Below are positions 19,809 to 28,085 of a stretch of DNA of 64,000 bases, in pieces. The first letter of the stretch is position 1. The number at the start of each line of letters is the position of its first letter. The notes beneath the pieces are model-generated. The model saw only the letters and a program-made list of their open reading frames with translations. It was not told where the DNA came from and did not search any database. The position numbers and the translations under genes were made by a program. The stretch is from Sulfuricurvum sp. (GTDB lineage: Bacteria; Campylobacterota; Campylobacteria; Campylobacterales; Sulfurimonadaceae), in contig NZ_JAQTUH010000009.1 in assembly GCF_028710345.1 (NCBI RefSeq), positions 12,580 through 76,579 on the forward strand, given 5' to 3'.

Positions 19809-19895
19809 TTACAGCAGGTTCAGCAGGAGGAGAGAGAGGCTTACGACAGTAACGTCGGTAGTGGGATGCGAAATAGACATAGTATGACTTTTCAT
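19809..19895 (-). CDS. Leucine-rich leader peptide (leuL-like); not in ORF track
   Basis: AAGGAG RBS then MKSHTMSISHPTTDVTVVSLSLLLLNLL*, with 7 Leu in the last 9 codons, directly upstream of the terminator and leuA. Confidence 0.8.
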   Translation of the reverse strand: MKSHTMSISHPTTDVTVVSLSLLLLNLL

Positions 19896-19942
19896 GGTCT
19901 CTCCTTTATATGTGATGATGAAATTGTAACGGATAATATAGT

Positions 19943-20527
19943 TTATTGCAAATTATTTTCTCGGAAACTTTCGATGTATCCGATCAAACATTCAACACAA
20001 TCCAAATAGTCTTGAGAATCTCCCGATGCTTTTGCCGCGAGGATCGCACCTTCCAATGCTGATGTCGTAAAAAGGGCGAGCTTAGTCGTATCGCAAGGTT
20101 GTAATTCTCTAACACTAACTGCTTTATCAAAGATAATTTTGACGCTTTGACGAAATTTCGCATATATTTCTTTCATCGCTGTATTAAAATCTTCATCGAT
20201 ATTTGACATCTCTTGTACGATATTTGCAACCGGGCATCCACGACGGAAATCTCGTTGATTGAGGTCGCGTAAACCCTCAAAAAAATGCTTCAAATAATCT
20301 CCGTCTCCTCTGGCTATCGCCAAATAACGTGTTCCAAATCGCTCGGCAATTTTCTCTTTGATAGCGCATAATGCCATCTCTTTTTTGTTAGGGAAAAAGT
20401 GGTACATTGACCCCTTGTGTACCCCTGCATTGGAGAGAATATTGGCAAGTGCTGCCCCCTGATAGCCATGAGAATAGACTTCTTCGTACGTTGCGTCAAT
20501 TAATCGTTGTCGTGTATTTTGTTCCAT
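19943..20527 (-). CDS. TetR/AcrR-family regulator
   Basis: N-terminal HTH (GVHKGSMYHFFPNKKE), RRGCPVANI motif; start at ATG 20527. Confidence 0.92.
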   Translation of the reverse strand: MEQNTRQRLIDATYEEVYSHGYQGAALANILSNAGVHKGSMYHFFPNKKEMALCAIKEKIAERFGTRYLAIARGDGDYLKHFFEGLRDLNQRDFRRGCPVANIVQEMSNIDEDFNTAMKEIYAKFRQSVKIIFDKAVSVRELQPCDTTKLALFTTSALEGAILAAKASGDSQDYLDCVECLIGYIESFRENNLQ

Positions 20528-20548
20528 TTTGAAATTATAACACACCGC

Positions 20549-20598
20549 TTGACTATTTGGTCAAATCGTTTTATAATGCCACTTGACTGATCGGTCAA
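20549..20598. promoter_or_regulatory. Two TetR operator palindromes overlapping divergent promoters
   Basis: TTGACTATTTGGTCAA (20549-20564) and TTGACTGATCGGTCAA (20583-20598); TTGACT-17-TATAAT (20549-20577) points to the 20620 operon. Confidence 0.75.
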
Positions 20599-20619
20599 TT
20601 ATTTAAAAGGGGAGTCAAT

Positions 20620-21594
20620 ATGCCTTATGTCAATGTGAAATTGTCTTCTAAAATTGATGCCCACAAAAAGCAAAATATTGCAAATGGGATTATTGATTTT
20701 CTTGTTGATATTCTAAAAAAAGAACGCTCACTATCATCACTTCTCATTCAAGAAACAGAGAGTGATTGGTATATAGGATCTGATTTACAAAATAAACAAA
20801 TTCAAGTCTTTGTAGAAATCAATATTACGGATAATACAAATACAGAGTTCGAAAAATCAGAAATGATTAAATCGACTTTTGATCTACTTGAAAAAGAGCT
20901 TGGATCTTTACCATTAGCTACCTACATCATAATTAAAGAACATAAAGCTACTGATTGGGGATATAGTGGAATAACTCCAAAGCAAAGGAAAATAAGCAAT
21001 AATACCTTTCAAGGTCGTTATGACGGTATGGGCAATAATGGAGCAAAAAGAGCTTTATTGGTTATCGATGTACAAAATGAGTATTTTACGGGAAAACTCC
21101 CCGTGTGTTATCCTGAAAACTCCTTGCCGAATGTTCTAAAATCAATTGAAGCAGCCAAGGAACATGACATTCCCGTCATCATGGTGCAGCACACACTGCT
21201 CTCACCCGAGGCCAAAGCATTTATAAAAGGGACAGATGGATGGGAATTGCTCGATGAGATGAAATCGGTGAACTACGACTATTACATCGAAAAAAACTTC
21301 CCCAGTGCTTTCGTCGGTACCGATCTGGAAACGTGGCTTCGGCAAAACGGGATCGATACGATCGTCATTAGCGGGTATATGACCCAGTTTTGCTGCGATA
21401 CGACAGCACGATACGCGTATCATCTTGGATTCAATGTCGAATTTTTATCCGATGCTACCGCAACGTTGTCATTTGAAAACAATGCCGGTAAAGTGAACGC
21501 GGAAGAGCTACATCGGGCGATCCTTGTCGTACAAGCCGCACGTTTCAGCCGTGTCATGAGTACACAAGAGTGGATTCAGTCTATCGATGCTTAA
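20620..21594 (+). CDS. Tautomerase (4-OT-like)/isochorismatase (cysteine hydrolase) fusion
   Basis: N-terminal Pro (MPYVNVK) tautomerase domain ending DWGYSG, then ALLVIDVQNEYF, KNFPSAF, GYMTQFCCDTTAR and SDATAT. Confidence 0.8.
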   Translation: MPYVNVKLSSKIDAHKKQNIANGIIDFLVDILKKERSLSSLLIQETESDWYIGSDLQNKQIQVFVEINITDNTNTEFEKSEMIKSTFDLLEKELGSLPLATYIIIKEHKATDWGYSGITPKQRKISNNTFQGRYDGMGNNGAKRALLVIDVQNEYFTGKLPVCYPENSLPNVLKSIEAAKEHDIPVIMVQHTLLSPEAKAFIKGTDGWELLDEMKSVNYDYYIEKNFPSAFVGTDLETWLRQNGIDTIVISGYMTQFCCDTTARYAYHLGFNVEFLSDATATLSFENNAGKVNAEELHRAILVVQAARFSRVMSTQEWIQSIDA

Positions 21595-22078
21595 TGGAAA
21601 CGATATGAATATAGTGTTAAGTTCACTTGAACCAAACGATATTACAATCATCCGCGAATGGAAACCTTATCCGGCAGAGTTTTCCGAGCTTGACTATGCC
21701 CTGCGTGAAGGAGGATGGCTTGATGAATTTTATCCCTATCCGAATACACACCTTTTTACGGCAAAATGGGAGAATGAAATTATAGGATTTTCGCTGTTAT
21801 CAATCCAAGGTGTTGAAACCGAATTTCGTATCGCTCTCAAACCTGATAAAATAGGCAAAGGTTTCGGAAAAACTGTGGCTTTAGCCACCATAACAGAATT
21901 TTACAAACTGCATGAGGAAGATTCACTTTATCTCATTGTACGATTGAGCAATACAGTTGCACAAAGCCTCTATAAAAGCATCGGATTTATTCCTGATCAA
22001 GAAGTCACCAAAGATATTCAGGGAATTCCAGTGCAATTTTTGAAAATGAAATACACTAAAGGATACATTTGTGGGTAG
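21587..22078 (+). CDS. GNAT-family acetyltransferase
   Basis: IGKGFGK and AQSLYKSIGF motifs. Confidence 0.8.
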   Translation: MLNGNDMNIVLSSLEPNDITIIREWKPYPAEFSELDYALREGGWLDEFYPYPNTHLFTAKWENEIIGFSLLSIQGVETEFRIALKPDKIGKGFGKTVALATITEFYKLHEEDSLYLIVRLSNTVAQSLYKSIGFIPDQEVTKDIQGIPVQFLKMKYTKGYICG

Positions 22079-22604
22079 TCAAAGCGGATCATTAAATGAA
22101 TATGACAAAGAATTTATAACCGAACAGAAGATATTTTTCATTGCCAGCTGCAGCGGTAAGGAAGTGAACCTCAGTCCTCGCGGATATGACTGCTTTCGTG
22201 TCAGCGGAGACAACGAAGCGCTCTTTCTCGATTACGCCGGAAGTGGAAACCGTACCGCGCGCGACATCGAAAATGACGGCGAAGTAACCGTCGTATTTTG
22301 TTCATTCGGTCCAAAACCTCAAATCCTCCGCCTCTTTTGCAAAGGGGAATCCATCGATCGAAGCGATGAAGCGTGTCGAAATCTTTTCCCCTCGGATGAC
22401 TTACGCGGTATTCGACGATTTGTCAAACTCCATATCTACTGTGTGGAACACAGTTGTGGAATGAGTGTTCCGATGTATGAATTCAAAGAGGAGCGAAAAA
22501 CGATCAAAGCGTGGTGTGCCAGAGATGCTGACAACGGCAAAGTCGATGAGTACATCGCAGATCACGCTATCCCAGTCGATCTAAGCGGATTTAGACATTG
22601 GTAA
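22071..22604 (+). CDS. Pyridoxamine 5'-phosphate oxidase-like FMN-binding protein
   Basis: FFIAS, VNLSPRG, LDYAGSGNRT and SCGMSVP motifs; GTG start. Confidence 0.85.
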   Translation: MGSQSGSLNEYDKEFITEQKIFFIASCSGKEVNLSPRGYDCFRVSGDNEALFLDYAGSGNRTARDIENDGEVTVVFCSFGPKPQILRLFCKGESIDRSDEACRNLFPSDDLRGIRRFVKLHIYCVEHSCGMSVPMYEFKEERKTIKAWCARDADNGKVDEYIADHAIPVDLSGFRHW

Positions 22605-22620
22605 AAGAGTAGAAATCAAG

Positions 22621-22713
22621 TGTTTTCCGACACAACCAACTATTTCATGCTATTCCCCTTAACCAAACATTTTGTTAGTGTACGAATTTAGTCACTAACG
22701 GGTTTTCTGACTA
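22621..22713. other. Possible orphan res-like site
   Basis: Arms GTTTTCCGACAC, GTGTACGAA and GGGTTTTCTGAC resemble the arms beside the resolvase gene at 63.5-63.6 kb, with similar spacing. Confidence 0.4.
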
Positions 22714-22795
22714 TATTGGTTTGGATTTTATTATAAGTAGTGTTTAGGCTAATTTTGCTGGCGTAATTTTCAATATAATTTAATTTGGAAGCAAA

Positions 22796-23710
22796 TTATT
22801 TAAGTGCTCTTATTAACTTATCAACAGCATCAATCCGATCACTCTTGCTCATTTTATCGAGATTAATCAATTTCCATTTGACCGAAGGCAATTCAGAAAT
22901 ATTTTCAAATGGTAACAAGCGCCAATCAGGTTCACCTTTTTTTACACCAATTAAAAACTCCCTATGTCGGTCATTCAATTTCGCATGAATTGTTTTGACA
23001 AGCTCTTCTCGTGTGGCTACAATCAAATCAAGATCTATCGGCTCTACCGTCATTCCTACAAATTGATCTTCAAAAATTTGTTTCAAATCAATGAAATTCG
23101 GACGAAGTAGTTTTGAGATCGGTTGATTACTGCTGATTAAATAAACCATGAACACATCCATCAACGAATCGGTAATTCCCTCATTGTTGAGTAATCCCCG
23201 TACGTCAAAAAAATCTCTTGGATGTTGACGGTCTAATGCAGCACAAAGTTTTCCAGCATACAAATCATCAAGATGGACTACTCCTGTTTTTGCAAATCCA
23301 AAAAATTCCTCGACTTTAGGGCTAACCCTTCGTTGTGTTATATCCATAACGGTTCCTCTCATTACAGGAGAAGTCTCAATTTTTATTCTTACACCATTTC
23401 GTTCTACTTGAAGCTTGGAGAGCTCTTCTTTGGAGCGTTGGTAAATTCGATGAACTTTACTGCCTCGAAGTGTTCGTTCAATATCAACAGCTATGCGTTC
23501 AAATGCATTAGCAATATTTTTTAAACTTATGTTACGATCTTCGATCGGCAAATACATCAAATCAATATCGACGGATAACCTTGGCATGTCACGAACAAAC
23601 ATATTAATAGCGGTTCCCCCTTTAAGAGCAAAGCATACTTCTTTATTAATAAAAGGTATTGCTTCCAAAAGCAGCTGTACTTGTTTAAAATAGATGTTTG
23701 TATTATCCAT
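22796..23710 (-). CDS. AbiEii-family nucleotidyltransferase toxin (type IV TA)
   Basis: FALKGGTAIN, PRLSVDIDL and KLCAALDRQHPRDFFD motifs. Confidence 0.93.
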   Translation of the reverse strand: MDNTNIYFKQVQLLLEAIPFINKEVCFALKGGTAINMFVRDMPRLSVDIDLMYLPIEDRNISLKNIANAFERIAVDIERTLRGSKVHRIYQRSKEELSKLQVERNGVRIKIETSPVMRGTVMDITQRRVSPKVEEFFGFAKTGVVHLDDLYAGKLCAALDRQHPRDFFDVRGLLNNEGITDSLMDVFMVYLISSNQPISKLLRPNFIDLKQIFEDQFVGMTVEPIDLDLIVATREELVKTIHAKLNDRHREFLIGVKKGEPDWRLLPFENISELPSVKWKLINLDKMSKSDRIDAVDKLIRALK

Positions 23711-24473
23711 GGTTAAATTCCTTTGGCACCGTTATTAAAAAGTTTTTATCGAATACCCCGTCTTTTACTATCTGCAATTTACCTTTTCCCAAATCGATGC
23801 CTTCGATTTCAAGATACTCATTCCATGGATGATTGTAATGTCGGGATAAAAATAGAAATAAGCGTTTCACTTTTATACTGTCACATATTTTTAATAGCTC
23901 GCTCACCAAGGAGGGACGTAATGTACTTAAGCCTTCAAACAGCTCCGAGACATATTGAAAAGTTATTCCCTCTTTTTCTACTAGATAGAGCACTTCCATT
24001 ATGGCTCTTTCAGGCGATGAGATGATTAATTCCCAATCTCTTATTCCTGATGGAATTTTTTTTAATCCGCTTTCTCCAAAATATGGCTTTTTATAAAATC
24101 GTATTGTTTCAGATAATTGAATATATTTTATCCATGCAGGATGAGTGTCGTTTCCATAAATATAAAGCTGTTTTTTATTTCCCATTGGGAGATAATGGGC
24201 ATACCCTTGTAAATTTAGGGCAGTGATTCCTCCAACATAAAAAGGAAGATTGGATAATCGTTGCAGTGCTAATACTGCCCCTTTCCACTCTACCCTGCTC
24301 TCAGGTTTACTAAAAGCACCATGCCCTATTTTCATAAGCCATCCGTTTTGTACATACTTATATACCAACTGTGGCGAATAACCCTGTTTACTCAGCCAAG
24401 AAGATGGTGCAACAACACCTTCGGGTAACAATTCAGATAGTTTTTTTAGTTTATTATCGGTTTGTAAACTCAT
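23703..24473 (-). CDS. AbiEi-family antitoxin (type IV TA)
   Basis: GYSPQLVYKY...W, SSPERAIME and KVKRLFLFL motifs; 8-nt overlap with abiEii. Confidence 0.9.
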   Translation of the reverse strand: MSLQTDNKLKKLSELLPEGVVAPSSWLSKQGYSPQLVYKYVQNGWLMKIGHGAFSKPESRVEWKGAVLALQRLSNLPFYVGGITALNLQGYAHYLPMGNKKQLYIYGNDTHPAWIKYIQLSETIRFYKKPYFGESGLKKIPSGIRDWELIISSPERAIMEVLYLVEKEGITFQYVSELFEGLSTLRPSLVSELLKICDSIKVKRLFLFLSRHYNHPWNEYLEIEGIDLGKGKLQIVKDGVFDKNFLITVPKEFNHG

Positions 24474-24637
24474 GGTTGATATTTTAACATATTTTATGAA
24501 CCAAAGAAAGCAATAGTTATAATTATTTTTATTTGATAAACCAAAAGTTTATAAATATCCATTTATACGAACTATGAATTTATTTATAAATTTGTCAAAA
24601 ATTACATTCATAAGGATCTCTCCCTCTAATCATTGCA

Positions 24638-24853
24638 TCAATATCTCTCCCGGTTATCGGTCGCATACCTATACCGAACATCTTTAGCCAGCCTTCTTAA
24701 TAGATTATGCGAACGCCGCCCTGCCCCGACAGCATTTGTCAGTTCTAATATTTTCTTTATTGCTTTGTGTGCGTTTTCATACAATCCTATGAAATACTCT
24801 CTGTGAATACCATCGATCCCCTCATAATCATCTTTTACCGTTCGTTTCATCAA
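24638..24853 (-). CDS. Hypothetical protein
   Basis: 71 aa ORF co-oriented just downstream of 24873..25247. Confidence 0.55.
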   Translation of the reverse strand: MMKRTVKDDYEGIDGIHREYFIGLYENAHKAIKKILELTNAVGAGRRSHNLLRRLAKDVRYRYATDNRERY

Positions 24854-24872
24854 CCCATCTATATACTCAAAA

Positions 24873-25247
24873 TCAGTCCGTAATCACCTGCCTAACCTTC
24901 CAGCCATAGTGAGTACGAAAGGCTGCTTTTGCCTCTTTTGCAATATCAATATTGTAGATAACAACTGCCATACTAAGTGCATTAGAAACAACCTCTAATA
25001 CCACTGAACGCTCAGGTACTTTTCCAGTAGATTTATGAAAAATATTTACTGCATTTGCAATACCATAATCCATGAACACGTTATACTCTTCTGTGTTCAT
25101 ATTTGAAACATCCACTATCGATAAAATCTGCTCTCTGCGATCTTCAGAAACGTCTGAAATTTCATCCTCTTTTTCCACTGATTCGGATTCAAAATTACCC
25201 TTTAAAATCTCTGCTATTTCATCGCTCAAATTAGTAAAATCAGTCAC
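24873..25247 (-). CDS. Hypothetical acidic protein
   Basis: 124 aa ORF with GGAG RBS. Confidence 0.65.
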   Translation of the reverse strand: MTDFTNLSDEIAEILKGNFESESVEKEDEISDVSEDRREQILSIVDVSNMNTEEYNVFMDYGIANAVNIFHKSTGKVPERSVVLEVVSNALSMAVVIYNIDIAKEAKAAFRTHYGWKVRQVITD

Positions 25248-25348
25248 TATTTTTCTCCCTATTTTTTATTCATTCACTTCGGTATCTTCGTAAACGCACC
25301 CTATTTGTTCACTTGAAAAAGTCACGCGGTAATAAATCTTAAAATTGT

Positions 25349-25477
25349 GCAGTGATGGCACTTTTTTCTCATTACTGCGCGCGCAGTGATGGCACTTTTT
25401 ATGAACGTAAGTGCCTATTCTCCCTTAGTGATGGCACTTTTTAAAAAATATGAAAATTCAAAAAGTGCCATCACTGC
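25349..25477. repeat. Cluster of 16-18-bp repeats GCAGTGATGGCACTTTTT
   Basis: Direct copies at 25349, 25383 and 25427 (16 nt), inverted copy at 25460-25477; palindrome ACTGCGCGCGCAGT at 25374-25387. Confidence 0.9.
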
Positions 25478-25753
25478 TCTTATCACTCGCGCGCGCACGT
25501 TGAGAGAAGTTCCGCAAAAATCCATTTTTATCTCCATTGCTTGGTCCACTCATCCGGCAGGCTTCTACACGCATACCTACAACTTGTATTTTCATTGTGC
25601 TCCGCTACTTCGTTTTTCAGATTTATTGGCTACTGCTCAATCTCAGCTGTATTCTATCAAGCGAATGTTCCACGATAGCCCCAACTTTTTTCACAACATT
25701 GGAAAATCTTTTGAGTACAATCCGAGAATCTAAATTTGAACAAGGAGAATTCT

Positions 25754-26311
25754 TTGCGATTCATTCAAAATTTCACACACGCTTTTTTCTTTTTGCCCGG
25801 AACTTTTTTACACGAGCTTTTGCATTTACTTGCCGCACTCATTTCGATTGCAATAGGGCTTGTGTTTAATCTCGTCTCAAAACCATTTCATATTGGTGCC
25901 ATTTCTACATTACGAATCACGTCGTTCAATATTCTCCCTAACTTCAAAACGGGGGTATACGGTTCGGTTGCGTATGAAGGGGGTGGTTCGTTTACCCATA
26001 TCTTTGTCTCATCGGCACCAAAGCTTGCATGGATATTTCTGTATCTCTTTTTGCAATCGTATGGTTTTTTGCATATCGCTAATGAATCTGTCGTAGGTGA
26101 ACAAACTTTGACGTTCCAATGGGGGCATCTTGGTACAGCACAATTGTTGATTGGAATTTATGCATCATTACAATTACTTTGGGCAGGAACATTATCACGC
26201 CAAGATTGGCATAATATTTTTAGTGCTTTTGGAAATATCTTTGCGATTGCTTTGATGATTGCAGTAATTGTCTATATGGCCATGTCAATATCTGGAACTC
26301 CACTGAACTAG
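25754..26311 (+). CDS. Membrane protein with HExxH motif (M50-like metalloprotease candidate)
   Basis: PGTFLHELLHLLAA plus SSAP motif and several TM segments; TTG start after AAGGAG. Confidence 0.6.
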   Translation: MRFIQNFTHAFFFLPGTFLHELLHLLAALISIAIGLVFNLVSKPFHIGAISTLRITSFNILPNFKTGVYGSVAYEGGGSFTHIFVSSAPKLAWIFLYLFLQSYGFLHIANESVVGEQTLTFQWGHLGTAQLLIGIYASLQLLWAGTLSRQDWHNIFSAFGNIFAIALMIAVIVYMAMSISGTPLN

Positions 26312-26555
26312 CAGGCTCATTGATTGAAAATGGCTCTGAAAAATACCATTCAGATCATCATCTTGCTGCCACAATACAGCATGAAGGTGGAGCGCGAATT
26401 GAGGGGAAGCTTACACTATCACCGGAACCGAAAAAGGAGTACTGTTTACCAAAGAGAAGGGTGGGAAAGAAGGAGACGTACTAGTATCTGCTAATACTTA
26501 CAACTGTCTTTTACACCACTTTAAAACAAACAAATGCTTTAAAATCGATGTTATA

Positions 26556-27185
26556 TTAATTTGCTTTTGTCGTAGCTGGCAACAAAAACACAGGAGCCTC
26601 TTTGTGCACCTCATCGAGAATACATTCTTCAGTCGGGGATTTTAAAAATTGTCCATTACAGTAATAGTCTATAGGAAATAGTTCATACTTAGTTGGTGAG
26701 CCTTTAATACTTGGATCGTTCAAAGTTTCCTCTATGTCCCATACTAAATAATCCGCTGAGCGCTCATTAGTATAAGTAACACTAATTGACACCTTTGGAT
26801 CTCTTGAGCTATCCCAACAATTTGGTCGTTTTTTTCCAAACAACTCCTGATTACAATATCCAATAACCTCATCTGCATTAGTGATAGGTGAACCCATAAA
26901 ATTATTTAATGCGAACACTCCTGTCATACTACCATGATCTGTCCCCATCACAAAATATTTATACCCCCGCTTTTTACCCTCAAGAGCAGCAGCAGCAATG
27001 GTTTGACGAATATCAAAATCAGAATTCCCATTTTTATTATAAAAACTATAATAATGATCATATTTACTGTACTTTTTTGCATATGCTGGATGCATTTCGG
27101 AGATTTCAATATCCTTTGTTCCGCATCCTGTTAATATTAGGATCGCAAATATCGATGACATAAATATTTTTATTACTGAATTCAT
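26556..27185 (-). CDS. Lipoprotein
   Basis: Lipobox LTGC; AAALEGKKRGYKYFV segment. Confidence 0.75.
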   Translation of the reverse strand: MNSVIKIFMSSIFAILILTGCGTKDIEISEMHPAYAKKYSKYDHYYSFYNKNGNSDFDIRQTIAAAALEGKKRGYKYFVMGTDHGSMTGVFALNNFMGSPITNADEVIGYCNQELFGKKRPNCWDSSRDPKVSISVTYTNERSADYLVWDIEETLNDPSIKGSPTKYELFPIDYYCNGQFLKSPTEECILDEVHKEAPVFLLPATTKAN

Positions 27186-27877
27186 TTGTTTCCCCCTAGC
27201 ATAGCAACAATTTTATCTGCCGTCAACTTTGAGAGCACCTCTATTGCCTCATCCACACTAATAACGCTCCCATCCTTCAGCATGGCAAATATGCGTGTTC
27301 GTTCACCGTTAATCACAACATCACTTATCATGATATGTTTGTCAGATGAAGTCCATAAATTGTCAATCCCATTTCCAATCATCCCCAGTCCTACATTAAT
27401 AAGCCCCACCGTCACCATATTTCCAACCCCTTGTGCAAGAGTAGAATATGTGCCTTGCGAGCCAGCTTGAGACACACCATTAAGAAACGTTTTTTTTGCA
27501 GACCCTGAGAGGTTTTCATTAGGCTTGGATGCAAGTATGGTTTGATTAGCGTCTTGAGGCGGTTCCCACTTGCTGAGCGGTGATGGAGTAAGGGCATCCC
27601 AATATTTTACTCCCATTTTTTTCATAGATGCAAAACGGACAGGGACTATTTCAATATCAACTGTAGCCTTATTATCAATCTGAATTCCTTTATTGTGAAG
27701 TGCTTTTAACATGGAATCCTCAAAGTCCTTTTTGAGCATATCATGCATCACGTAAGTGACTTTTACCGATTTTGGCTTTCCTATTTTTATCTCTTTTGAT
27801 GCTTTGGCAAATGCCATATCATATCCCGCATTTAGGATCGATGTGGTTATTAATAACACCGATACAAATTTTGTCAT
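27182..27877 (-). CDS. Secreted TraT-like protein (tentative)
   Basis: Signal peptide; Gly-rich hydrophobic hairpin followed by HIMISDVVI, TRIFA and EAIEVLSKLTADKIVAML, recalling TraT YTMITDVQI / TRVV / EAKPVLE..LAKSIANIL; no lipobox. Confidence 0.45.
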   Translation of the reverse strand: MTKFVSVLLITTSILNAGYDMAFAKASKEIKIGKPKSVKVTYVMHDMLKKDFEDSMLKALHNKGIQIDNKATVDIEIVPVRFASMKKMGVKYWDALTPSPLSKWEPPQDANQTILASKPNENLSGSAKKTFLNGVSQAGSQGTYSTLAQGVGNMVTVGLINVGLGMIGNGIDNLWTSSDKHIMISDVVINGERTRIFAMLKDGSVISVDEAIEVLSKLTADKIVAMLGGNK

Positions 27878-28085
27878 GACTCTTTTTTCTCCCGTTGTTT
27901 TTAAATTATATACTACATTCCACTGATTGTTCCAGACATACGTTCTAGCATCTCAGACACTTATGTATCTTCAAATCGTTGAGGGTATTGTTCAAGATTC
28001 ATGCAATGGAATTTGTATTGATATGACTCTTTCATATCTTATGTATGTGATAAAATTATAATATTGATATAAATTATTTTATTTT

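Noticed and set aside
25408-25421. MOBQ-type nic site (TAAGTGC)
   Set aside because: The sequence departs from TAAGTGCGCCCT after 7 nt and is explained as a degenerate copy of the local repeat; no relaxase is in the window.
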